Assembly (NCBI GenBank): GCA_051294905.1
Contig: CM119380.1
Coordinates: 992,001 to 1,056,000 of the forward strand
Reading direction: 5' to 3'
From: Botryllus schlosseri
Taxonomy: Eukaryota
DNA: 64,000 nt
In this document: positions 52,719 through 64,000 of the stretch, one piece after another
Layout of the letters: every line of letters starts with the position of its first letter
Numbering within the stretch: position 1 is the stretch's first letter
Program-made: the position numbers and the translations under genes
Notes under the pieces: generated by a model
What the model saw: the letters and a program-made list of their open reading frames with translations, nothing else
Told to the model about the DNA's origin: nothing
Databases searched by the model: none

Positions 52719-54017
52719 TAGAGCCCGACCGATATTGGATTTCTGAGCCGATACCGATAAGACCGATATCCAGTACCTCCACCGATAACCCCGATATATT
52801 CAGCCGATATTCAAAAGATATGGAATGTAGCTCAAGGCCCATATTTAACACCTCAGAGCATTTATTTCAACAACTTTACAGCCATTGATATGCTTGAACA
52901 TAAAAAAAAATGATCTGGGGGCGATAAAAATATATCAAAAGCACCAATCCAGCAGTTGCAGATCACAGTTCACGAAGCACAATTTTTTGTCCCTTTCTCC
53001 AAGGAGTGAACTTGTGTGGTCTTCCATAAATGATGTATATGCCGTAGTACTAAACACAGTGAGCAGTCTTTCACTTGGTACCATAGTTAGTGGCATAGCA
53101 AGAATTGGAATTCTTTCTTTGGAATTGGAATTCTTCATTTCGGTTCCACCGCTCCCTTGCAGGGGATCTTTCCTTCAATGGTTTCACCAAATATTGATAT
53201 TAATATTCTTCTGGCAGTGCACCTGGAGACTTCAGCACATCATTAACAAATAGCTGAAGAGAATGTGCAAAACAACTCTAATTGTCCACGTCTGCAACTG
53301 CTTCAACCATCCCCCTTGGGCCTTGACCATAACCATCAGCATTTCAACAATCAATTGATCCATATTTTACGCTCTTTTGTCAGAATTGGCCAATGTCATC
53401 ATGGAATCAAAAATTTTCGTATCAATTATTGGCTTTACTCCACGTTTGCTTGATTTTCTTGCCCTCTATGCTCCCATATTTCCTATCATGGTGGCCCCGC
53501 AGACCTCAGTCAGACGACTTCATACAACACTTGTATAATTAGCTCTGTTGGTACCAAACCAATAGCACTATCTTCAGAAAAAATGATTCGACGCAACGCT
53601 TTTCTCTATCATTACGAGGGTCAGTCTAGCATGATTGAAGTTCTCATTTCTCTTACTGATTGAAATCTTCTGCAGACAACTATCCGTCGAGCTGTCTGGT
53701 AAATGGTAATCGATTACTACAGGGGGATTCCCACGAAGTCACTGGGGCATAACGGTGGTTAGTTATCATTAATATTTTTATCAGATAGGCACGCCTACTG
53801 CCCTGTATGCAGTATGCGCTATATGCAGCTTGGCCATTTATTTTTATAATTTACCGTCCTCACGTCTCTTATCGACTTCTCTGACTCCCTGCCACCATGT
53901 TGTGACGTCACGAAAATGGCCGATATTTTTTTACCTTCAAAGGCCGATACCGATATTTCTCTCTAAGCGTGATATCGACTCGATATTATCGGCGAGCCGA
54001 TAATCGGTCGGGCTCTA
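52719..54017 (-). mobile_element. hAT Ac-type deletion derivative with transposase remnants
   Basis: TIR TAGAGCCCGACCGAT; perfect TSD GTCATGAT; CCGATA repeats; minus-strand CFAHSLQLFVND and IPILAM...VPSERL (hATC dimerisation) fragments. Confidence 0.92.
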
Positions 54018-54229
54018 GTCATGATAACATTCATCCGACATTGGTTTGTCTGCAAATGTCTAACTTAAGCGGGTGATACTCGGGCAGGGCAGAGGGAAGG
54101 CAATGGCGTGACCATAACTGCCGCACCCGATATTTTTGATGCGCATAATGAATCAACTTTATTCGCAATTATGAAAGAGCATAATATCCCTGGTATCGGT
54201 TAACGCCGCCGTGAAACCGTTGAGCTGCT

Positions 54230-54718
54230 TTAGTCAGGGGAGTGCAACGATATTTCGAGGCCGTCCGTTCCGCCCGCGCCAGGACACTTGAAGACAAAGT
54301 TTTGGACTACATGTGGCTGCGGCCAAAATGAGGTGCTCAGAACCCAGGATAAATGCGATTAAACCATGGCCCAAAGTAGCCGCCGCTGGCTGGCCAAAAC
54401 CTTCAATATTGATATGCCCCGTCTTCGAAATGGTCGGCACCGAATACTCTCAGTTTTGCAATCTGGGCACTGCGGTTTAAATGTTGCCACAAAAGGAAAA
54501 TAATGCACCCGGATTTTAAATCGCGTGCATCCCACATGCTTCATTGAACTGGATTGCGTACAACTGGCTGTCTGCACCTTTTCTATTTCACACACGCCCG
54601 TTAATACGTGACATACTTGCATTGAAAATGCATTCATGTCGATGCGTTGGACTTGGGTCGCGAGATGAATTATAACGCAGATGTGGGTCGCGGTCTAAAA
54701 AGTTTTAAGAACCCCTGC
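54230..54718 (-). mobile_element. Decayed Charlie/Buster hAT fragment
   Basis: End ...AAGAACCCCTG near 54718; frameshifted YAIQFNEAC and QPAAATLGHGLIAFI resemble Buster FAIQLDEST and DGAPAMLG..GL motifs. Confidence 0.5.
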
Positions 54719-55044
54719 TATACTCGGATCGAATCAGTAGAATTAGTCCTCTGATTGAATTCGGTAGGTCGATCATTTTGCCAAGCCGTAATGACCACAC
54801 ATCTGCTTTCCCATTTCCCTGCACTTCGTTACCCCCTACTTTAGCTTGCATGTTGTGACTGATGCCAGGCAACCAACGACATTCAAAAGAGCTTCCGCAA
54901 CGCGCTAGTTTTAAAGTATTTCCCATGTGTCAGACATAGAAAAGCGGGAGATCTACCGCCTAATACTATGCTGCTATATTTACGAGAAATATCAGTGTTT
55001 ACATTCACTTTCGAAACACAAGTGTAACGCATAGTAACGCAGAG

Positions 55045-55129
55045 ATGGCGAGAGCGGCCAAGCTTAAGATCAAGTGGATTTACCTATTGTGTGTTTCTGA
55101 GATCATGACATGTCTTCAAGGTGAATGCG
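55045..55129 (+). CDS. Candidate first (signal-peptide) exon of the CASPR-module gene
   Basis: MARAAKLKIKWIYLLCVSEIMTCLQGEC ending in phase-1 donor GTATGG (alternative at 55120); link to downstream exons inferred from phase only. Confidence 0.4.
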
Positions 55130-55539
55130 GTATGGGCAACAGACACGTACAATATACCATATTGAGTCATAGTTGATGGGTTCTTAAGTAGTTCTAGTTG
55201 CAGTTGCGAATTTTGAAAAGTGGGTGGTTCTAGAGTTCTAGTTCTAAATGAGCATTTACAAAAATAGTTGCCGAACAGCTACAAAACACGTGTCGTCGTT
55301 TGGCATGAATCGTGACACCTGTGTTCTGTTGAGCGAAGTTCTTGCAGCCATAGCTAGCTCCGAGTCATCACTACTAACAGTGGTTTAGCCAAGAACGTAA
55401 ATGCTGCACCCCAGACCCTCGTTTGGGGGTGGGGCGAACTCGAAGGTAGCCCAAAATTTTTTCGTGAATTAACATAAATTATAGAGTTTTTTTTTAATTT
55501 GTACAACTTTCTCAGATTTTTCGCACTTGGCGCAATAAT

Positions 55540-56271
55540 ACACATGATTTATACAAATGGGCATTTCGGCGCCATTACTTCGCCACGAAGCACCGATCGA
55601 CATGAAATTTTAGACCATGTAAACATGCGACTCCGAGGAGAACGATTGGCATCGAGTAAACCTTTGCCGAAAAGGACTGCCCTTATGCTCACCGAAAACT
55701 TCGATATATCCATCTATCTATATACATGTTTAATTGTCCATAGGCGTCTAAATGGCCGCCGAGAATAACTATTTTCCGGCGAAGAAATATTAATTTGAAT
55801 TCGTGTGCGTCTCTTAGTTTAGTACACCTGGGCGATTTCAATATCTTTTGACATAGAACGCAGGAGGTCAAGAAATAACATCATTTAGCAAAGTCATTAT
55901 TTCAACCGGTCCATCCGAATATGTTTAATTATTATTTACCGGCCCTACATTTGCTAAAACACCTCACTCAGCTCTACCGGTAAATCTGATTACACGAAAA
56001 GAGAGACGTTATAAAAGGAACAGTAATATATATGGAATTGCTGGTCATATTGACTGATTCGATAATGAATTACTGGAAATTTCCGCGCCAGGCGCGTTCA
56101 GGCGAAATAAGCTATCTCACTAAAATGTTAAGAAAATTTCGCTGATAAGTCGTTGAAAAAACGTATATCTTTATAGGGGTTGTGCCCCAGAAGTCTGTTT
56201 TATCACCCTAGGGGGCCCCCATAACCAAAATGTTTTTTTGGAGGGGGTGACGAAGTGCTGTTTCGGTCCTG
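55540..56271 (+). mobile_element. Diverged copy of the 18938-19645 MITE
   Basis: Shared blocks AAACATGCGACTCC, CACTCAGCTCTACCGGTAAA, GGGGG.TGACGAAGTGCTGTT; left boundary uncertain. Confidence 0.65.
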
Positions 56272-56689
56272 GCTTTAGCCAGGAGTGGATTTGGGAGTCG
56301 GAACCTCACGCATTTCAAACTGGTACCAGGTATTATTGTGCAACGCCGATCTGATTCCTATAAAATAAAAATTAATGAGTATCTTCCGAATTGAATATAG
56401 TTCATAGTGCTTCAGTTAGTTAGTTGCGGGTTTTTGGTCCGATAATTCTAGTTTTGGTTCTAGTTGCGAGTTTTGAAACATAGGTGGTTATGATGTAACA
56501 GTTCTAGTTGCCCCTTTTTAAAATCCACAAGCTTGTACAAGTCAGGTAGGATATATAACCGGTGTCGTCGAATAACCTCGAAGCTGTTACAGAAATCATG
56601 TGGTGGACCAATATCCTAAACCAAATCGATGGTCTCGCACTACAAATTAAATACCATGCCTAATTCCGCTTGGATAATAAATTCCGCAT

Positions 56690-56950
56690 CATTCTGTCAA
56701 CGGGCGTCAATTTCGTAAGTAGTAATTGTGTTACTTGTTTGCAGCTCAATTCTGTTACAAAAGATTTGTTGCCGGTGAGTGGATCACGAAAGGAAATTGT
56801 GGAGTGAGTGAAATGAATTATTGTGATATAGGGGAAATAATTCCATATATTTAGTCCATGTAAACAGAATATATATCGCGGAAGACATGAGTCGTGCATT
56901 TGGAGAATCTCAATGTCTATATCCTTATAGCATCTCCTCCATACAGCCAT
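56690..56950 (-). mobile_element. Decayed Merlin (IS1016/ISXO2-like) transposase fragment
   Basis: VWRRCY...HSTISFRDPLTG...TELSCKQV resembles SDCWRAY...NHSxNFVDPxTGxHTQxIESLWxxVK. Confidence 0.45.
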
Positions 56951-57077
56951 CAATTCAATATAAGCCTATATTAAAGTGTGTTTATTGATGCATTGTATAG
57001 CCTCAGTGGCGCATAATGCAATGATAAGTAATATCGTGTCATTAATAGTACTAGTTTACCTGATCATACTTTTTAAG

Positions 57078-57132
57078 GTACCACGAGAAGTCAAGGATGT
57101 CGCTAGGGAGATAAAGATGCAGTATCCATATG
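57078..57132 (+). CDS. Candidate exon of the CASPR-module gene
   Basis: VPREVKDVAREIKMQYPY; TTTTTAAG acceptor, G|GTAACT phase-1 donor compatible with 58224. Confidence 0.4.
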
Positions 57133-58223
57133 GTAACTATATCTTGTTAACTAAATATCTTATGGGAATATCTGCACGCATAAGTCCTACGAGCGGCGAA
57201 ATCCTGTCAATTATTGCGTAGTTTGCTAATCACAGTGTTGCAGTGACATTTTCATTTAATAAAATTCATTTCTTTTATTATAATTTGTGTGATATTGATT
57301 TGAAACATATGGAAATATCTCCTGATTAATAGCAATTATAAAAAAGACATATATATAGGCATTACTTCTCGTTAACGCCTACTGAGCAATAATGGTACAC
57401 GTTTCTACCGTATATACCATTTTTATAAATCCAAACTTTCTTACACCAATAAATTCGTTTCTTCGGATTGCAAGGGAACAAAATTTGGTTTTGGCGTTTT
57501 TAAGTAACCTAGTAATTTCATGTTGCGTAGTCGAAATTTTAGTAGGAAAGTACTTCTACTTTTCTATAGTATTCAAGAGGGTTTTGCATATTGTGATGAT
57601 CCGTAATCAGGCAATCATTGCTTTCCTCTGATTGCTTCTGTTGCACGTTACATTGTCGCCATTGTCTGGTCACTCTATCCTTTTTTGTTCTGATGTATGC
57701 TGTGTTCCGTTGTATGTTGCTCAAAGCCACCTTGGTTACATTTACTTGAATAAAGCTTTAGTTAGTTATGTCGTCGCGATAGTCAGTTTACGACACATAC
57801 TCTCACTATACTTACGGAAGCGATTATGCTTTTATACTACTTGCACTTGCCAGTTTCTGACGTAAAACTATTTTCACGCTTTGGTTTGCATCACTACTGT
57901 GAATGAAGTTACGACAACAACTAGAGTACTTTTCAGAACTTTCATTCTTTATTTGAAGTAGTTTTGACATGACTTGGATATATATTATTCTACTGGTAAT
58001 TAAGGGAAAATTAACGGTCTTGTTTACATGTCTAAATGGCTAGCAATGCTGACCATCTTGTTGACTGAGATTTCCGATTTTGCCTAATAAAGTTTTTACT
58101 TTGGACGCCCTACCTTCAACTCATAGCGTACATTTAAGTTAGTAAATATCGACTAACATCGTGATAATACATATTTATGATTGCGTTATACGTTCATTAG
58201 ATGCATATTTTTCTGTTTTCAAG

Positions 58224-58378
58224 TGATCGAAGTTGGTCACAGCATGACGAAAGAGAGCAAGGTGAATGCCGCGTGTGAAATTGCCGGATGTTATAGCGTT
58301 ATACCGACGTATGAACTATCTGATGGTTCATTACGGGGCTTGATAGAAAAATCGTCTTCATGCCGGCAGTATATAAAA
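58224..58378 (+). CDS. Contactin-associated-protein/neurexin-IV-like module, exon
   Basis: VIEVGHS...CEIAGCYSVIPTY...LRGLIEKSSSCRQYIK; TTTTCAAG acceptor, GTGAGC donor. Confidence 0.82.
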
Positions 58379-59001
58379 GTGAGCATATTAGCATATTGTC
58401 ATTTGATCATGAAACAACACCTACAAGAAATATGCGTGGAGTTATATTCCAACTCTATGAAGCAGACGTTATCACAAAACAGGTATTCCTCCCCGATTGA
58501 ATAAACTGCAATGTTGTTGAATGAAAAGAATCGCATGCATCGTGCTACACAGTTTATTTCCAAACTACGTTTGAATTAGAAATTTTGAATTCGCAAAGAC
58601 TGAGAACTTGAACTCTATTCCCAATTAGAAACAATTATAATACAAAACCAGTTCAGTTCGTATCAAACCACAGTTCATTCTCAAAAGCATGTCAATGACA
58701 GATGTCTGAACAGCCACATTGGTTAGTTTCGCCATATGCAGCCCAGCAAATATAAACCGAAGCTGATAGAGACATCGAAGATTAATAAAAATCCATCCCT
58801 TTAGAAATGATGTTAACTTCACATATAACAAACATTTGATGTTCAGATTGTGGTTCATCATTGTCACGAGTCAGGCATATAATGAATATAGGCCTATACT
58901 GTTAGAGAAAAACACCTGGAAGGTATTTCGATCCAGTCCTTTAAGCGTTAATATCAGTATTTTAATGGTAACTTGAAGCATGAATTGGTTATTGTATTCA
59001 G

Positions 59002-59122
59002 ATCCGATGTCAAGGAGTCAGGATTAACAGCGGTAATTATACGTACTGGATATCAAAGAGCGGAGAAAACATGTATAATTGGGGAACGGAAAAAAGCGGA
59101 TACTGTGCATGCGGAATTAAAA
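59002..59122 (+). CDS. CASPR-like module, exon
   Basis: IRCQG...YWISKSGENMYNWG...YCACG matches the YxC...WWxxRxG..M.YWGG...CACG pattern; GTAAGA donor. Confidence 0.85.
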
Positions 59123-59445
59123 GTAAGATAGACATATTACTACAATTCGGGCCACTCAAATGACCCAATTCAGTACTACTTCAAAAGCTCTCGCGTATCA
59201 CAGTTTGCTAGTCGCTGAGCTAATCGGTGCTCATCTTATTATATAAATACCGCCAGTATATAAGTAAAACGATTAGTATTCGCGCTGGGTTCAGCAATGA
59301 GATCATTGCGTTCAACTTTGAAAAGTTTGATTGAGGTTGCACTAAGTTTGATGAGAACAATAAAATATGCCACCCGTATGCCCACCAGTTGTCCGAACAA
59401 CTATGTCACAAAAAATTAGACCGCTTACTACAATATTCTTTCAAG

Positions 59446-59639
59446 ATAACTGCATTGACAATAACTACAAATGCAACTGCGACCAAAACAGCTTGGCCTT
59501 CCAGACAGCTGACGAAGGATATCTGACGGACAAGTCGAAATTACCTGTGCGGGAAATCAGGATTGGTGATTTGGGTGATGATCGCGAAATGGCGTGGCTC
59601 ACAATTGGGAAATTGGAGTGCTCTGGTAAAGGTGGATAG
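59446..59639 (+). CDS. CASPR-like module, last exon with stop
   Basis: NCIDNNYKCNCDQN...DEGYLTDKSKLPVREIRIGDLGDDRE...IGKLECSGKGG*, the CNCD...DxGxL...LPV...GD...GxLxC signature. Confidence 0.88.
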
Positions 59640-59706
59640 TCGAAGACCGAACAACGCAATTGCTAATATTGAGGGACTGAACCATCGGCAGTCCTATTTT
59701 CTTTAA

Positions 59707-61340
59707 GGGGGCACTTCTATTTGAAAATGATTTTTTTAGGTGTTCACGTTTGTAGTCATAAATTCGTAAAGGTAGATGCAAGCCCCATGATTCATACATT
59801 GCTGGAAAGGGCAGGAAATTTCCTTTCCAAATATGGTCTTTATGTTGTACCATGAGCATGTACCCCACCGGTACACTTACTCAGAAAATAATGAAAATAT
59901 TGAACACGCGTATTAAAAATCCTAAAAACTCAAAAGTCTTTCAAGATTTTCCTTCAAATATTGCTGTAGTAATAGTACATATATATATATCTACAAAACA
60001 ATTGAGGGATTTTCAAAAATAGGTCTTCTAACAAAATTTATGATATTTTTTGTCAGCGAACCCTAAATTTTCATTTTGTTCAAAATTCTTTCCTCTGTAA
60101 AAATTTTTCTGGACAAAATTTTGAGAAAACGCTCAATCATTTTATTATACATACCCTAACCATCATTTGTACAAAATTTAAGATGAATCGAACAAGCAGG
60201 TGCAGAGGAGATACAATTTTTGTGCAGAAAAAGTATATTTTGAGAAAATCGCGTTTGAAAAAATAAAACCACAATAACTTCGAAAAACAAGGATAAGAAC
60301 ACTGATCATGACATCAATGACCATATTAGTTGATTTGCATCACACATTGAACCATATATAACACAACCTGAGTATTAATAGCCGCCAGGCACATAGTCTG
60401 ATGTGTCTTAGGAGTCTTGAACTCTTTCAATTTTTCACAGCGAAAGACCGTCGAGATGCAGTCTTTCTTTTTTTGTCCTTCAAACCAGTTTCATTTTTGT
60501 GAAAGTGTTCACTGGCAAGTTTAGGCTTTCAAGAACACTCAAGTACCCACTACATCCAATATTCCAGTTCAGTACGGACGTAGCTACAGTACTTATTCTT
60601 CAGGCACCTTGTCCCTATGGTCACGACGAATGACTCGTTTTGGGATTTGGTGAATCCACCAATGCATCTTTCCATTTCAAAGATTCTTCTAAACTCTAAA
60701 TTTCCTTGATCGACTCATTCTAGGCAAATTGATAGCTAGAAATGAAAACCAATCCAAGACAGTTATCCTGAAACAATAAATATTACCCAATATTGTCAGT
60801 CAGCAGTCAATGAATAAAAACAGATGAAATAGGAAAACACACAACCTCCATCTCGACCATTTCCTTGGTACTGAATAAATGAAGCAGCCAAGTATATGAA
60901 AGCATACATGCTAGAACACTTATTTATAAGCATACAATAAATACTACCCAATATGGTCAGTTATCAGTCAACAAATCAAAAAATAAATGAAAAAAAAAAC
61001 AGCCTCACCTCGCCTGTTTACTGAGTCTGTGAAGCAGCCAAGTTTATGAAGGCAGACTGGCTAGAACACTCATTTCGAGCTCTACAGGAGAGATTTCGCC
61101 AGGTGGCGCTATTTCCACCAGCAAACGCGAATGTTGGATTAGAATGAACACGACTGCAGCAAAAATTGGGCTGTAATTCTTTTTTTTTATAAAATGGTCC
61201 CCAAATAAAACTAGTTTTGGATAAGAAGGAGTTGTAATATCATAAAAATAAGGACATTTTTGGAAAGAGCGTGAAATTTCCGTTCTAGATCGATGAAAAA
61301 AAAAAACACAAAAAAATTATTTCTAAATAGAAGTGCCCCC
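59707..61340 (-). mobile_element. Kolobok-type deletion derivative
   Basis: TTAA on both sides; TIR GGGGGCACTTCTATTT (purine termini); minus-strand remnant ERCIGGFTKSQNESF...TRCLK resembles Kolobok RCLxGxTQNxNESFNxxIWxxCPK. Confidence 0.82.
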
Positions 61341-62029
61341 TTAAATCAACGTTCAGAATCAGCATGCTTTGAACTTTCTCTTCAAATTAACATACAATCA
61401 TATATCCACAGTTCCCGGAACGATAGAGTAGCCAAGGAACCATGTTTATTAGCAGTGGGCCTTGTTGATACTATATGTGGAGTCAGTCGCTTTATTTACG
61501 GATACCTGTATGGTTCTTCAAATCTCCACTATGCAAAATCACCAAAACTACTCAAGTTTATGCATGCTGTGGCCTCCGTCAAAACATCAGCTTCAAAGTG
61601 TTACTGTTACTGCAGTAATCTGCAGTGTTTACGCATAGTCATAATCATTAGTTGATTAGGCACCTCTTGCTTCGTCTTTTATATATGTCGATTGAGCATC
61701 TCCTCTTTAGTTCAGTTGGTTTGCTGTATGTACGTTGTTGGTTACGTTGCGTTATGTGTGATCGCTGTATAGTCACTAACTTGTGCTTTCATCATGCCGG
61801 CTTGTCTCTGTATGTAACCGCAGGCGACCACTATTTTAAAACCTAATTTCACGACGGTTTCATTTGTTGTATCTGGACATTCCTTCGTTACATCAATTAT
61901 TGCAATACATATCATTTCTACCTTCATCTAAGGATCATCATATGTCTGGATCGGTCGTGGAATTTGAGTTAAAAAATAGGACAAATTCTCTTAAAAATGA
62001 CGTATGGTAACCCTGGTCCGTCAGCTCTG

Positions 62030-62200
62030 TTAGTCTTTTTACTTTTCATTCAGTGCGCATGCCTCCTCTTTACATCGTCTAGGCCAAGGTGGATGTCTGA
62101 TTTCAAAGACTACTCCAAATCGTTTCGACACCGGAATCTTTTCATTGTATCGCAATTTTTGTGGTGTATTGAACTAATAAAATCTTCTAATAAATCGAAC
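62030..62200 (+). repeat. Dispersed repeat; uninterrupted paralogue of the sequence flanking 26144-27404
   Basis: CATTCAGTG.GCATGCCTCCTCTTTACATCG.CTAGGCCAAGGTGG...TGTGGTGT.TTGAACT.ATAAAAT matches 26095-26143 joined to 27413-27530. Confidence 0.85.
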
Positions 62201-64000
62201 CGGATGGTTTGAATATGTTAACCTATGACCTCAATGTTTTGTTTCAACCCAGAAAATGTAGGCTAATTACCGTAATCTATTGATATAGCTTAAGCGCGCT
62301 ATAAGCTGTCGATTCCGAATGAGTATTAAGTTAATTTCAAGCACAGTATCAATCATCATAATTTCATAACAGTTCAAATATGAGTTTTATGCCATGGAAA
62401 AAGAAGAGGCGGGAAAGTTGGTCAATGATATTTATATGTCGGATAGCAAATCTAAAGCGTCGAAGAAGCGGAAAATTGTACTTAGCGGCCTTCAGAAGAT
62501 GGCGAATTTGGTTCAGATAAGGAAATCGGGATATCAATAAGTAAAAATATTTTTAGGAGCGGAAAGTCAACCATCAGAGTTCGATGACATAGCGACATAG
62601 CGTACAGCGATATGGTCATAATATGCTGAAACCAGGTTCTAAATATATTGAAATCTTTCTAAAGAGCGGAAAAGTCCACCATAGGTGTTCCAGGCTAATC
62701 TGGAGGAAGATTGTCCAATGCCGATCAATGACGCAGGGGACAGTAATGTTGTCGTAATACGCTGAAACCATAAATAAATTGAGTGGAAAACATTTTTAAA
62801 GACCAGAAAAGCAAATCATGCGTGCTCCAGGCTAATCTGGAGCAAGATGCCGGATGACGGACATATGGGTATAATAATATTATACTGAAACCAGAATCTG
62901 AGTAAGACGTTATTGGATACTTTGATTCTCTGTTCGTGCGCTTGTCATTGTGCCATTAACTCCGTAAGAATCAAACATCATTGAGGTGATAACTTAATAC
63001 TGCAATGAATGTAGTCTTGAAAGAAATATACCCGTTACTATAAATATATAGTCGTTGTATATTGTACAACAATTTTCTGTCACTGATTTTGTAATATAAT
63101 AGGAAAACTAAGGAATTCAATTCGTGACAACTTTCAGACGTCGCATACTCCTCTCATACGCTGGTGCCCCGCGCTCCACAGACCTAGCAGGTTCAGAACA
63201 TTGTCTACTATTAAGTCATAAGTGTACAACTGAAACACCTGCTACAGTTATGATAAGCCTTTCTCAGCGAATAATCTCGCATGTTTCATACTTGCTAAGG
63301 TACAGCATCTGCTACACTTCCAACAGTCGTATTCCATGGTCGCATTTGCCACATGTATTGCAATTTGGCAATGCAATAGACGGCAATATTGTGATATCAA
63401 AGCTGGCGTATGTTACAAGCTGGGAATGCTTCCGAAAATCCACGTCAATCGTCATATACTTTTAGTTTCCACGCGTTCATATCGCATAGTATACCACCCT
63501 ACTGGAAATCCCAGGCAGGGTGATGAATGATTGGAGCCGGAGCCACTTGCCATGTCGATCTACCGACGCAATTGCACCCACACGGTCTCTGAAAAACAGG
63601 GCATGTGTTGATAAGACAAAAATGTATTTTTCAGACAGTAGCCTTATCATCACTGCCACAATGCATCGTAGCCAATACCATTGTAATATGTGGGACTTGA
63701 AAGAATCGAGTGCAGGAGGGAATATATTCTGAATCGATTGTTACGTTTCGGGTTCAGTCGAGAATTTGAGTGTCAGCATTATTGCGTCATAACAGTACGA
63801 AAGATGTGAACGTTCAAATATGTACTTTTCACGCCGCCACAAAGAATATACAGCAAGTTTTACATCACGTTAAAGAGAATTTGATATTTGTTCGACCATT
63901 TCATTGCACTTCGAGAAAATGTGGGTTGATCACATCCTCACAGATATGTCATTTGTGTTTACCTTTGCGTAACTATAATTTGTGTTGGTAAAACAAGTGG

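Noticed and set aside
59707-61340. piggyBac element
   Set aside because: TTAA TSD fits, but termini are GGGGG and not CCY, and the remnant peptide is Kolobok-like.
63467-63520. TIR-domain start (FHAFISHS)
   Set aside because: Frame closes within about 10 codons and no continuation was found.
449-63991. Most 60-120 aa ORFs in the supplied track as genes
   Set aside because: No recognisable domains; many lie in MITEs or on the antisense strand of real exons, as expected by chance in intron-rich DNA.

Overview
Eukaryotic, AT-rich, intron-containing and transposon-dense DNA; gene style suggests an invertebrate chordate, probably an ascidian (inference only). Three spliced protein-coding genes can be rebuilt by eye on the + strand. 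(1) A five-exon, 287-aa secreted collectin-like C-type lectin (7286-17204) with a broken collagen stretch and a non-canonical lectin domain. (2) An adiponectin-receptor/PAQR-family gene (33664-40592, first exon not found) whose last exon has an apparent 1-nt deletion inside the SHxxFH zinc motif. (3) A small protein made of a stand-alone CASPR/neurexin-IV-type cysteine-rich module (confident exons 58224-59639; a phase-compatible 207-aa model starts at 55045). Most of the rest is transposon-derived: many hAT MITEs with 8-bp TSDs, TA-flanked pogo-like MITEs, Kolobok and Chapaev3-like elements, tRNA-derived SINEs, a 5'-truncated R4/Dong-like retrotransposon, and decayed Merlin, Penelope and RNase H fragments. 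I found no CRISPR array, rRNA or intact tRNA, and no convincing new biological system. The best leads are the divergent genes, a ~200-bp near-perfect hairpin at a retrotransposon junction, and several nested insertions.
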